Source: the human T2T-CHM13v2.0 reference genome, Homo sapiens
Assembly: GCF_009914755.1 (NCBI RefSeq)
Contig: NC_060930.1
Direction: 5' to 3' (one strand)
DNA: 64,000 nt
Made by a program: the position numbers and the translations under genes. Every line of letters starts with the position of its first letter. The stretch's first letter is position 1. The notes under the pieces were generated by a model. It had not been told where the DNA came from, made no database searches, and worked only from the letters and a program-made list of their open reading frames with translations. This document shows, piece after piece, positions 1-13,240 of the stretch.

Positions 1-3000
1 ACAGCCCATTAATGCTCAGTAAATGGATCAAAGACCTAGAGAACTGGAATTGATTTAGTTAAAATCTCACTCTTTTTCTCTCATACTGCTATGCTGAAGT
101 ATTCTGCTTGCACAGGTATTGATACATAATAAAAAGGATTGTGGACTTACTCAAACTGACAGATTGAGACAGTCCCTGGGGCTGATTAATTGCAGGCCAA
201 ATTTCCTGAAGGGGAGGTCCCTCAGACAAGTTGTTTGTCTAAGTAACAGATCACTGTCAGGCTGTATTTTCAATCTTTTAAACGTTGTGCAGCTACTACA
301 GCTACAACTTTGATGAACACTTGGGAAGCAGATGCTGAACCAAATGGTAAAATAGCCTAGGAAATCTCAAAATCCCCTGGGCAAGAACTACAGGAACCTT
401 TGATGCTGCAGTGATGTTGGCATATCCACACAACTGCCCTCCTGATTCAGTACAAGATAGTCTCCAGGACTCCCCTGGAGTCCCCATCTTAGGGGTCCCT
501 TAGAATCTAAAGGGCTGGAGTAATAACTCTAAAGTGATGGTTTAACCATTTCAAGTGTACCGTAGCACTTTTATTTCTAAACAATGTTCTTGATAGAATA
601 AAATAAATAGATATTTTAAAGATAATTTTAGAAGCATCTGGAAAACAACAGTCTTGAAACAGTTCGTGGCTCATTTTGGTTAAGTTTTTCTTCTCTAGTT
701 GTAAAAACACATGGAAAAAAAAGCAACTTAGGAATAGGGTAAAAAGTACAAAAGAAAGCACTTCAAGTTCTTTTTCTTATAGGTCCTGAGGGCTGATGAT
801 TAGAGGTAATAAGTTCCAAACACTGGAAAAAATAGAAAACACGTCTGTGGAATATTCAAGAGCAGAAATTCAGGATGAGTTGCAGAATGTTTGTGACATT
901 TCTCTACCCAGAAAAAAGGCACATATTTAGATTTTTTCAGTTGTTGAAGGTGTAACATTCAGTCCTGGAAAGGCTATTTACCTTAAATGTATTAATGCTT
1001 TTCTGTCAGGGAGATCATTTCACACTTGGCACTATTGGATTTGCCTTTAAAGCTTACTGGTAATTTATGCTGCTAGTAAGACTAAGACTATTTATTTCTT
1101 AACACAACTACATTTAAGTTTATATATTTTGGAAAAGAGGTTAGCAGTCCAAAGGCCAATTACTGAGTTTGGTTCATTTAACAGATGCAAATGACCTAGG
1201 ACACTGTAGTAACACAAATCACCAACTTTCATTCAGGGCTGGCTCCGGTTGTTTGCTCAATAAGAGATGTCTCCCATCATATGGCGCCTAGCCTGCAGGT
1301 ACTACACCTGCCATGCCTTTAGGCCAGTCCAGAATTTCAGGGAAGATGATGACCTGCTTCTATATCACAAAGGAATATTAAAGCCTGTTCCTTTAACAAA
1401 TATGAAAACTAGGATCCGGAGAGCCAAAATGGTGATCCCAAAGAAACATTTTAAGTTATTTTCAGTGCTGTAATTAGTAGCCTGACTTTAGCTTCCCACT
1501 ACTCATCCAATAGAAAGAATGTGTCTTTCTCATTGCTAAAATCCACACCGTATTTCTACTTTTCTATCGAGATTTTAAATTGAGAGGAAAGGTCATAAAC
1601 AGAGGAAATGCTACCCTGATATAGAGCTGGGATGAAAGAGGTATGTCACAGTGTATCTGCTTTCCATGGTTTGCAGGTGAAATGAAACAGAAACATCCAC
1701 TGAACCAAATTTTATAAGAGAACATATTCTTTTCACTTTGTGCTCCAGATATTTGCTTCCTTTCTGCACTGTCATTTTGTCACCCTCACTGCTTCTCTTA
1801 GTTGGATTTGTTCAAGAAACACAGAGAGAATATATCTCACTTCAAGGACTGAGTAGCAAGGGACATTCCCTTGCTATGTTCTCTATGGAACCATGCAACT
1901 AGTCAACAAGAATTAGAGCAAAATGACCAGTAAAGTCACTACTAATAGGACATCCTATTCAACTTTCTTGCCAATTCGGGAATCCCTTTTACAGCATCTT
2001 GCACTGATGATCAACCACAGCACAATCATTCCCAGGGACCGGAGCTCATTACCTTTATGAGACATGTGCTTCATTTGCTTCATTAGTGAATAGCTAAAGA
2101 TTTCCAGTTTTAAGATTGTTCTTAATACAGAAGCTAGGAGGAACACAGAAGGTGAATATTCTGTTTTTCCTTAACTATCTCTTAACCAAGGAGTGCCTCA
2201 ATTCTACATTGTTCATTAAATGATCTGAATAGAACCTAAATCACCTTTGTGTTGTCTTTAGCACTTTTTTTTTTCAGTTTTCATTTTTTTTAGTGGAAAT
2301 ATTATTTGGATGCTAACATTATAGGTTTATTCTACAGTGTTTCTCTAAGATAAATTCACCTCATTTCATGGTGTTTTAACTCTCTGGTCTCATTAGAACT
2401 TTTTACTACCTAAACTCATTAGTTTTGAATATTTTCCCTCCTCCAATGAAACTATCTAAGGTTGTCCTTAGAATTTAATTTATAAAACCTTTCATCTTCT
2501 GACTATAAACTAATAATTACCTAAGCTGTAATTTTTTAAATACGTTTTTCTAATGTCCAAGTGTACATTTGCTTAGACCACTTTTGCTATTATGAAAGAG
2601 CACCGAAGTTCTGGTCACTTGCACATCAGATCATTTTTTCTAATTCAGTCCTCTTAATTCTGGAATTAAATGAATACTGGACAAAGTGACAGCTCACAAA
2701 CATAGACTTTCCTCTTCTCATTTGCTTTTTTGGAGGTGCCTTTTTTTGTAATCCTAAGGATACACTACTTTTTAATGATTAATATCAGAATGGGATGCTG
2801 GAAGATAATATCCATAACCAGCAAGAGATTATAATATTATTAATTGACTTAGTTACTCTATTCTTGAATGAAAATTGTAGTGGTATAACTGAGCATGAAG
2901 ACTATTTTAAAATGGTTCAATAAAGTTCATTTCATTTCACAGAAACATAAAGTCATGTATTTAATCAATTCCATTTAATTCCGTGTTGCACTCAGGGACC

Positions 3001-3603
3001 TGAAAGTGTCTGAAAAGTCCTGTGAAAAATGTATAATAAATGGATTTAAATTTCTAAAACATTTAAGTTATCTTTCAGCCTCTGCTGTTATGAGATAGCA
3101 TTCTGCTCTAAAGTAAGGAATCATTAAATCAGAAGGCAATAAGGGAGGTTACTGGAAACTTCTTTTTGTGGAAAGATAGTCTTAAATCATCTGAAAGAGT
3201 TACTGTTGCTAGCTGTTGCTATACATTAGAAAGTTTTAGGGACATAAATATAATAGCACCTTGAGATGTTTCTTTTCTTTAGAAGTTCAAAAATCTGTTA
3301 CAACCTGAGAAAGCCGTTATTGAAAAAAAGAAACTAATACAGAAAAAGGAAACAAATCTCCAAAAGAAGCTTCAGAAAAAGTACATCAGGTCATCTTAGG
3401 AATCACTTGGTCAGGTTAATTTTAGAAGCAGGTTATCAGCTGAAATTGACCCAGAATTCACATATAATAGATGCCGCTATGCCTGAACCATACTCAGTAA
3501 CAGATATCAATATTTAAGCGTACAACAGCACATGTCGTAAGCAAAGGCAGTAAATAGTAGGCCAAAGACCTGGATTCATTTTCTGCTCAAGCATTCTCTA
3601 ACA

Positions 3604-3794
3604 CAGAGGTTCTCAAAAGGAGTTCCCAGTACCTGCAAATCAGCATTACCTGTATTGTTAGGCAAATTCACAGCCCTGCCCCAGATAACTGAATCAGAAA
3701 CTCTGGTGGGGGCTAATGGAGAAAGGTCCAGAATTTTTTGTTTTAGCAAGCCCTCCAAGTGATTCTGATGCATGCTAAAGTTTGAGAATCAATT
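3604..3794 (+). mobile_element. MER5A-like hAT-Charlie non-autonomous DNA transposon
   Basis: Degenerate TIRs CAGAGGTTCTCAAA...TTTGAGAATCAATT, with internal ACTGAATCAGAAACTCTGG and CAAGCCCTCCAAGTGATTCTGATGCA. Confidence 0.85.
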
Positions 3795-4171
3795 CTCTAG
3801 CACATAGTATAACAACTGTTCTTCAAATTCTGGTCAGGATCAATCAACAATTGCAGCAGTGCTCTGGAAATTATAAAGAATTGATCAATTTTAGTGATTA
3901 TATTAATGTTAGTGCCTGTGTTAATCAATCTAGAGAAAAAGGAAATCCAATGCAAAAATGAGTTTACCTGATAATGAGTACTAAACTGAAAACATTCAAT
4001 TTCTGCCTTTCCCATTCTCCTGTTTTATATTTAAGTCATCTTGCCCGACTTTGATCTGCAAGATTCTTCTCAAATGTGGGCAAGTTCTGATGGAAGCAAA
4101 TCTTTTTTTAACTCAACAATAGTGAAAGTGGTTGTAAGCCAGCTGAGTCTGTTTCTTCTGTTCTGTTTCAG

Positions 4172-4369
4172 TGCACTGTGAGGTCAGTGAATGGAATCCT
4201 TGGAGTCCATGCACGAAGAAGGGAAAAACATGTGGCTTCAAAAGAGGGACTGAAACACGGGTCCGAGAAATAATACAGCATCCTTCAGCAAAGGGTAACC
4301 TATGTCCCCCAACAAATGAGACAAGAAAGTGTACAGTGCAAAGGAAGAAGTGTCAGAAGGGAGAACGAG
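4172..4369 (+). CDS. RSPO3: R-spondin 3 internal coding exon (penultimate), encoding the TSP1 domain
   Basis: Translates (V)HCEVSEWNPWSPCTKKGKTCGFKRGTETRVREIIQHPSAKGNLCPPTNETRKCTVQRKKCQKGER(G), which I recognise as the RSPO3 TSP1 domain with WxxW and 6 Cys. Acceptor is polypyrimidine + ttcAG (4170-4171); donor is GAG|GTACAA (4370). 198 nt, phase 1-1. Confidence 0.98.
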
Positions 4370-4806
4370 GTACAATCATAATAACAAAATGTGCTTGTTT
4401 GAATCCTCATAATCTGTTGCATTTTTCATTTTATTTCTTATGAAACACTTGGCATTATCTTTCATGCCTAATATCCTAAAATGTGTACCAAGCAAGAATA
4501 TGTTGCTTGTAAATTACAGAATATAGATGTGGTAATTCCAAAATATGGAGCCTGATGTCAGAACTTTACTATAGAAGTGTGCTAATTGAATTATGATGAA
4601 CTAGGCTGTATTGTAAGCATTCAGGGCATTATCTGTACTATAATCTGCTTTGCTAGTACTTAGAAAACTTTTGGGAAGTCTCATAATTACAAAGTCTAAT
4701 GATATTTACAAGAACAAGACAAAGAAACACCGCCATCAAACATTCCTTTCCTCACTGCCTGCAAACCAAAGTAGTGAAATGTAGTGGTAAGCTTTTGTAG
4801 CTAAGT

Positions 4807-4807
4807 G

Positions 4808-4841
<34 letters not shown>

Positions 4842-4848
4842 TATATAT
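4807..4848. repeat. Compound (TA)n(CA)n(TA)n microsatellite
   Basis: Directly visible. It abuts the tail end of the Alu monomer. Confidence 0.95.
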
Positions 4849-4855
4849 AAAATTA

Positions 4856-5006
<151 letters not shown>

Positions 5007-5079
5007 TAGTTAATACTGACTTTATTTTGAAATGACCAAGACCACATTTTATGAATACAGCAAAATCATTAACGACATT

Positions 5080-5174
5080 TGTCTCCAGATTTCTTTTCAT
5101 ATTGCATATTTCTTTTCATATTTCTTTTCATATCTGTCTCCAGATATCTTTTCATATTGATTTCTTTTCATATT
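5080..5174. repeat. Imperfect tandem repeat of TTTCTTTTCATA with a duplicated TGTCTCCAGAT
   Basis: Five copies of TCTTTTCATA and two copies of TGTCTCCAGAT in about 95 nt. Confidence 0.85.
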
Positions 5175-5519
5175 CTGGTCTTTATAGACCAGATTACAGA
5201 ACCTATTCCATCAATATTAACTATTAGAATTTGCTGTGAAATCAACAAGGAGAAATATAGCATTTAATAATATGATCCTTTAGGGTGAATAAACTTCCAG
5301 CCAGAAGACCCTCAGTTGCCGATCTTTAAAATATCATTTTTCTATCTTTCTCACTAATGTATTCAGCACCACTTCCTACAAATATGTTGTGTAGTTTTAT
5401 GTAACTATTGGTAGTTATCTGGTGAGTCTATAAATGATCTTCTCAATTAATTCCAAAGGAGTTTGATTGCCTCTGTAGTTGACCTTTCTTATTTCTCCAT
5501 AGTTGACCTTTATTAGGTT

Positions 5520-5790
5520 ATTTCATTCATTTACTAGCTTATTTCATTCATTTATTCATTCAACATAGTTTTATTATATTCTTACTTTATGGCTATGCAC
5601 TGTACTAGGGCCTAAGGATTCACAACTGAATGGGGTACTGTCTCTCTATTGTGAAGGTACACCAGAGTCCAGTGAAAGGTTGAGATGTTTAAACAGATAA
5701 TCACAACATCGTAGAATAAGGGAGATTATAGATGTGTGAACTAGTTTAAAGGGAACACAGAAGAGGACACTGCAAACTTGAACATTGCTT
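5520..5790 (-). mobile_element. L2 3'-end fragment
   Basis: (ATTC)n-like tail, followed by the degenerate L2 motif tttatt...gcactgtactagg. Confidence 0.6.
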
Positions 5791-8500
5791 ATACAAAAGA
5801 GAATTTGGGTCACCTGTACTTTGCAAAGAAACATCCATTATGCCAAAAGAATTGGCCATCACTAAAAGCTATAAAACCTGTTTCTGCCATTCTAATCAAG
5901 TAGTTAATGTGAAAAAATTCTTGAAGACATGGGTTATTTAAAGAGAACTTCAAACTTTTGTAAATTTGTAGGAGGTTTTGATTAAAACTTAGTTTAAGGA
6001 ATGAAAGCTGGCTAGTGAAAAAGGCCTTTTGGCATTTGTTACCAATTAATTTAAAACATCTTAGATTTTAAAAGTTGGATTTGGAAGTCAAATATTTCAT
6101 CACTCTACTTGTTGGTATGCTCCTGTTGCCGTACATTTACTTATGTTTACTAAATTTCCTTAAAATTTAATGACTTACAGGTGGTCTTTGCTCATATCAT
6201 TCTTTTCACAAAGATTGTACGTTATTAATCAGTATTCAGTACACATTCCTTTTAAAATATAAATGAAGAAAAGTTATCCAATAGCAGAATTAAATCACGA
6301 TTCTAATTACATTTTATTTCTTTTACTTGAGAATGTGATCTTTCAATAGATTATATTTTGGTAGCACTTGACTTAAACATTAACATTGAAAATGTCAACT
6401 GTTAAAACTGGCATTTATCTCATCTAGAAAGAGATAAAATAAACAACATCACAAGAAGTTTGAAATAGTAACCTGTGACATAAGATTTAGCTTAAAAGTG
6501 TCTTTCTGATTTGTTTTCTTCCCCTCTGAGGATACAGTGACATTTTACATTTACAAAGAGAAGTTTATACAACTAGAAAATGTAGGTGTTTTATTTTTTC
6601 AAATTTCATAAAATGTAGACTAACAAGTGGCAAATATGAATCACATTTACAATTAATTTCCAGATTTAGTCCTACTTTTATTTTTTTTCATTTATTTTTC
6701 AAGGTGTTTGTCAAAAACTTTTCTTAAGTAGCCTATAAACTGCAGGTAGGAAGAAAATCATTTCTCTCTTTGTTATTTCTCTAATCCTCCAGTTTTCTTA
6801 ACTTCTCTTAAGGTTTAGTTAGCAAGTATCCTATTTGAACACAAACCAAATAGAAAAGTAATAGTGACCTCTGGACATCCCACCGTATCCTCTCTATCAA
6901 GCATCATATCAAAATAATAACATCCAGAGTCTTCATTTAGGCTCTACTGTATATTTATATAATATGTATAATATATAATAAAAATATCTTGAAAATTACT
7001 CATTGTCTTGAATTTATAACCTAAATGATAAGAACCCCACATACACATATAGAGAAGCATATCAACAGAGCAAATTTAGTAGAGGACTTTATATTTTTCT
7101 ATAAAAGTTGGCATTTCTTATTTTAAGTAGGGTAAGCATTAGAAACATTTAATCAACTTTAAAGATAAACACAATAAAGTGGTACAGACATGACTTCCCC
7201 TCACACTTAGGATAGCTATTATTTGAGTTGCTCCCAGATGTTTATGGATTAATAAAATAAGAAGATTCCTTTAGGTTCACAGCTTGAGCATTTCAAGATG
7301 AGTGTACTAAAAGATAAGGCTTTTCTTATGAATTTAAAGTTAGGTCTATGATCCCTGCCTAAGAGGTTAACAATAGACAGAGGTAGATAACTCATATTTG
7401 GAAAAGGTAGGGAGCATGTGTTCAGGATTTTTTCTGCTCTGTTGAAATTGCCAAAGGCAAGATCTCCAGGGAAGAATGATAAGATCCAGAAATGACTTTT
7501 CAAAATGTACACAAAGAAGAAGTTGAATAGAAGAAAATAGTTTGTAGGAACAGAGTGGATTCATCTAGTTGGGAGATGCTTTTTAATATGTATATGTTAC
7601 AAAATCTTACACACACACATTTTTCTTTACTACCATTTTCTCATGGTTAGAATAAGTTAACCCAAGGAGATAAATTTAATTGTTGTATCCTTACATTTAA
7701 ATTATCTCATGTATTTGTTTACAGTATTTCAGATTATTCCCCTTTACTTGACATGCTACCTTTTAATCAGCCTGAACTTCTCCATCAATTACTAACTTTA
7801 GTAAGAGGTCATTACCAATACAATTCTTTCTAGCTTGAACTTAATTGAATTATATATTTGAAATATCAAAAATATAGATTTTAAGAGATTATACAGACTA
7901 ATATATAAACTATTATCACATGTGTATTGAAACATCATATTTAAGTAGAAGTAAACAAGGAGAAAATGCATTTCCAGTGGTTGCCAGGTTTTATTTATTG
8001 ACTTTTTTGACATACAGTGTATAACCATCTCAGATAAGGAAAACTGAAACAGCTCAGGAAGATGTGTGTGCACCTGCATTTGATGCAAAAGGGTATATTT
8101 GTGTATGTGGTGGTGGAAGCAGAGTCAACAAACACATTTTTCATTCATTTGTACCTTCCTCTAATTAACTAAAGAGAATTTCCTATAGATGGTTTTTAAG
8201 GCAACTCACCAAGAATAAAAGAAATTTTGTTCTTTGGTTAGTTTTACAAAAAAGATTCTTATTAATCACAGATAGTGTATGATCTTGGGATAGAAAGGAG
8301 AGAGAAGAGCAGAGCATGTTGCTGGAAGAAGTGAGGTGGAGGTCTATCTTCCTGGTATAAAGACAAGCTAGCATTCATTCCACCAGAGAAATATAAAAGG
8401 AACCCTTTAAAATAGAAAGAAATAAAATGTTTAGGGACACTCCAGGGAAGAAACAAATGTGGGAATCATTGTATTACTGTACTATTTGAGTATACTGTAG

Positions 8501-8898
<398 letters not shown>

Positions 8899-9285
8899 TA
8901 AAGGCTAAGCCACGTTTTCAATTTAATGTCCTCAGTGGACAGGCCTTCCAGTTGCTGAATCACTATTTAGCTTTCCCTCCACTAAAATTAATTATATGGC
9001 TATAATCATTTCTTTTTCATAATACTCTCCTATCTATTCAGTTGAACTGTTTGCAACCGCCTTTTTTGTAGGTCGTAAATGGTCAAATGTAAGCAGTTTC
9101 ATATGGTTCAACCTGATACTTTAAAATTTCATCTCTCTAAACTGATCAAGTTTTAGAACCAGACCTACAGTATGTTTCTTATGGATTGACAGTTTACAAT
9201 TTGTATATACTACAATCTGTTTTAAATATTAAGCTTTTAATAATAGTAAACTGTACAGCTGTCCTTGAAAGAATGTAGGCACTAC

Positions 9286-9792
9286 CAATGCAGTGAAGAG
9301 GACCCTGAAAAGTGGGGCTTAGGCTGGGAGGGTTCTTGGCTTAGCCCAGAAAAGAATTCAAGGGTAAGCCAGTGGTGTTCAACAGCAACTTTTATTGAAG
9401 CAGCAGTGTACAGCAGCAGCAGAGGTACTGCTCCTTATGGAGCAGGGATACCCCATAGGCATTGTGCCCTGAGTACCATCTCAGAGGAAGTTCTGCAGTC
9501 ACATTTATACCCACTTTTAATTAGATGCAAATTAAGGGGCACATTATGCAGAAATTTCTAGGAGAAGGGTGGTAACTTCTACGTCATTGGGTTGTTGCTG
9601 TGGAAAGGGGTGGTAACTTCTGGGTGTTGCCATGGCAATGGCAAACTGACATGGCACATTGGTGGGTGTGTCTTTTAGAAAGGTGCTTCCACTCCATGCC
9701 TGTTTTAATTAGTCCTCAATTTGGTCTGGTGTCTGAACCCTGCCTCCAGAGTCAAGTCTCACTTTGTGAGTCAAGCCCTACCTCCTACCTCA
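9286..9792 (-). mobile_element. ERV1-class solo LTR (MER4 group, MER66-like)
   Basis: Minus strand begins TGAGGTAGGAGG. TATAAAT (9503-9509) and AATAAA (9391-9396) lie in LTR order. 4-bp TSD CTAC at 9282-9285 and 9793-9796. Subfamily name is from memory. Confidence 0.8.
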
Positions 9793-10821
9793 CTACTAAT
9801 CTTTAAAGTCTCTCATAAAAACATGTTTGGTCTTCAGATGCTCTTTAATCATGGTCACATATGACTTATTCTCTGTTTTTATTTGATATTTTTTTCTCCT
9901 TAGCTATATTACTCAACCCTTATTCCTTTTTTTTTTCTTTCCCACCACCTCCAATTTAATCACTGAAACATCAAATCACCTTGTAAATTCAGTGGAAAAG
10001 TATCAGAATTTATTATCCATGTAGGTGAAAACATTTAATGCCTCAGTGATAGGCCCCACCTCTTATTGTTTCCTCTGGCATTGACATTATAATAGCAGGA
10101 TCTATGTGAGGATTCTTTGTTGCCTAGGTTTTTGGGTTGAAGACATGCACAGTTGACTCCCCTGTGTCATAATGAAGCAGCAGAATTACAGCCAGCACCT
10201 TGATAGATATAGAAAAAAAAATGAAATGACAGTTTTTAAGTTTCTTGCCTCTAACACATTTTACATCCTATTGTATGTTCTTAAACTTCTCAATATTAAA
10301 GAAAAAGCTCTGCAGAAAATAAGAAGACTTTATTTCATGCCTTGCATTCCTTGATATTATATCATTTTTTAGAACTCAGCCAGCAGTTACTACCTCTTAC
10401 AATTCAGACCAAGTTTGCTCCATACCATTTTTGTAGGCTCTCTGAGATTTTGGGGATTTTATTAACGGTGGTCGAAAATCATGGTGGACATTATTCACAG
10501 TGGGAAATACTTAATTGTTATTATCATCCATGCAATCCCTTCATTCCTATGATAGTATAAGAATTATTTGTAGGCTTTTCTGCTAATTGGTGTGTACCTC
10601 AGCATTCCTATTCTAAAATAAACTTTGTAATAAATGACCCTTGAAAATGCCTATATTCTCTGAGATTTCACTTAGTGATATTTATAAATATTTAGTGCTT
10701 TGTGACCCATTGGTGAGTGTGACATAATACACAGTGATCAGGTTATTGAATAGAGTGGTAGCATTCTTCAGCTCCTAAGCAAACAATGATCTTGCCATTG
10801 TTTAGGTCTGGTGCACGAGGA

Positions 10822-11275
10822 TTGTTTCAGTTAGCTTTTGCTGCATAACAAATAACCTCAAAACATAAAGGCTTAAAACAACAACCACTTACTTAACAAT
10901 TTGTGGCTGGGCAATTAAGGCTGAGACCTACTGGGCAATTTTGATCTTGGCTGGGCTCTGTCACATTGTTGGATGGCTGGAGAATGAGGAAATTGCCATG
11001 TTTCTATTATCATCAAGATGGCAAGAGGTCCTACAGCCTTCCAAAGTAGAAAAGGTGAAGTCATTCCTCTTGAGGCTAGGCTCAGAACCTGGCATAGTTT
11101 TTACTTCCACCACATTCTGTCAGCCTATACTAGTCATAAGCCTAGTCCTGATTCAAGAGTTGAAGAAACAGATTTTATCTCTTGGCAGGAGAAGGTGCAA
11201 ACTTACTTTGCAAGGTGGCATGCATATACAGGGTGGGAGAGGAGAATTATAGCCATTTTTGCATTCTACCCTAGA
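10822..11275 (-). mobile_element. Old MaLR LTR (MLT1H/I/J-like)
   Basis: tgtttcagttagcttttgctgcataacaaa...ggcttaaaacaacaacca...ggctgggcaatt... is typical of MLT1 termini. Confidence 0.75.
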
Positions 11276-11504
11276 GGTCTTTCTCTTGTTTGTAGTTAGA
11301 TTAGTGTGATTCCTCATTCACTTAACAATCTCTTATTGTCTGAAATACAGTAAGAGATTTGTATTTCCTTTGTAAATTTCCTTCCTTCCTTTGTAAAAAC
11401 AGTCAACTATTGATACAGGAGATGTTGTGTTGGATATTATTTCTATTGTACTTTCTAATTTGTAAAGGGCAGAACAGGAAGAATAAATAAAATCTGAGGC
11501 CAAG

Positions 11505-11630
11505 ATACCTTCATACGCTCAACAAATATTTATTAAACTTCCACCATGTGCTGGGCACTCTTAGGTGCTGAGGATAAAGCAGTACACCAAAAAGACAAAA
11601 TTCTTTTCATCATAGATCTTATATTCCGAA
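11505..11630 (-). mobile_element. L2 3'-end fragment
   Basis: tcaacaaatatttatta...ccatgtgctgggcact...taggtgctgaggata. Confidence 0.75.
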
Positions 11631-12737
11631 TGGTTTATATCAGTCCACAAGGTAATGACCATAGAGTATCAGCCCTTTTGTAAGCATACACCTTTGTTAA
11701 CAGTTTTCACCTTTGTGATTTGTACCACCAGTAGCTGCTGTCTTCATTAGAGTTTCCTAACACATTACAAAGACATTTGTTAATGCTGGCAAAAATGAAA
11801 CTTCTCTGCTTACATTTCATTTTGGTCTCAATGTGAATACATGTATTTTTTCTGTGACCACCATGTTGATGTGCTAATATGTTTTTGTAAGACGGCTAAG
11901 TAGGGTTAAAGGTACAGCTTGTGGTTGTGGAACAATGCTGAGTTAACCGGCCCTTTGGAGAAATGACCCCAAGACCTTGGCTTCCTTTACAGCCTGTTCT
12001 AGCCAACTGAGATCCCTGCCAATTAGGAGGGTTCCCTAGAGAGAGACTCCGAGAGCATCAGCATAAATTTAAATTCTGGACCCCCAAATGTAGTTTCCAA
12101 AAGAAGCTTCTTGTCCTTTGCTAATTGCAAAGTAAATATTTCTCCAGCAAAAAGACACTCCCTCCTTTCATGCTCCTGTTCTCCTTCCCATCTCCCTAAT
12201 ACAGTCACTCCTTAAAACTGCTAGTGTTGCCGAAACCTCTTTGACATAGGGGACACCCCACATTTGAAGGCACAAAGAATTATTCTTTCCATAGATAATT
12301 ATCTTGCTTTTTATATCCTCCAGCAACTTCTTCATAGAAGCATTACAGACTAACTTTGTAGATGTCATAGTCTGCAGAAAGGAGTTGATGCCTTATCCTT
12401 GGGCCTCTCAAGAGGTGTGAGTAAGTAGGCTATTATTAGCATGACAAAATGTATAGAAATGAAAATTCTTCAAAACCTCTTAATCCACTTTGTTCTCACT
12501 CTCTTCTACATGCCCTTCTCTTTCTATTTAATTTCCTACTCAGTTCCTTACCTTTCATTTAAAACATCCCATTTCTCAGGTCCCAAATTAGAAATACTTT
12601 CCTAAAATTTTTCTGTTTTTCAGTTTCTCTAAAAAATTATTTACATGACATACTTATTACTTTAATAGCAAAATAATATATTAGCATGTTATCTCTCAAT
12701 GATAGTCCTTTTTCACCAAGCTCACTGTTCTGCCCTC

Positions 12738-13240
12738 TGTATTCTGCAGGACATTGTAGTTGAAAATGACAGATCTCAAATTATCTTAGGCAAGAAGAAA
12801 ATTATTGGCTTAAACGCAGACTGCACTAAGTCCTCAAACAATATCACTTTATCACAATATCACTGCATCGCCTTCTGCTCTCTCCCTTTCTCACCATTTC
12901 AGCTCACACTGCCTTCATTCCTCATTGTTTGTCGGCCTTATTCTCCTCTGCTGCAGAGTCTTTCTCCATTTAGGAGGAAAGCTGGCTCTGGGCAGCTCCA
13001 AGTCTATATATCCACATTGCTCCAAATAAAAAAGGATAGTGCTCTCGCTCTCTCTTTCAGTATCCCTGCATCCAATCTCACGAAAGGATTCCAATGGACC
13101 CTACTTTGAATCACTGTGGCAGAGGAATTGGGGTCCTGAGATTGGTCTGTGTAAGTAAAATGCCTGCAGTTGAAGCCAGGGTCAAGTGAGCCATTTTGAT
13201 TGCTGGCTCTGTTTAGAAAACAAGGGTACTGACAAAAACA
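12738..13240 (-). mobile_element. Highly diverged MaLR LTR (MLT1K/L-like)
   Basis: Weak similarity: tgtagttgaaaatgacaga...ttaggcaagaagaaaattattggct; tgaatcactgtggcagagg...gattggtc. Confidence 0.4.

Noticed and set aside
1274-1288. CTCF/YY1-like CCATCATATGGCGCC
   Set aside because: It mismatches a highly conserved CTCF core G and lacks the AA of the YY1 motif, so it is too weak to call.
4171-4443. 90-aa ORF as a standalone gene
   Set aside because: The 'start' is a GTG spanning the splice acceptor. It is the RSPO3 exon plus intron read-through.
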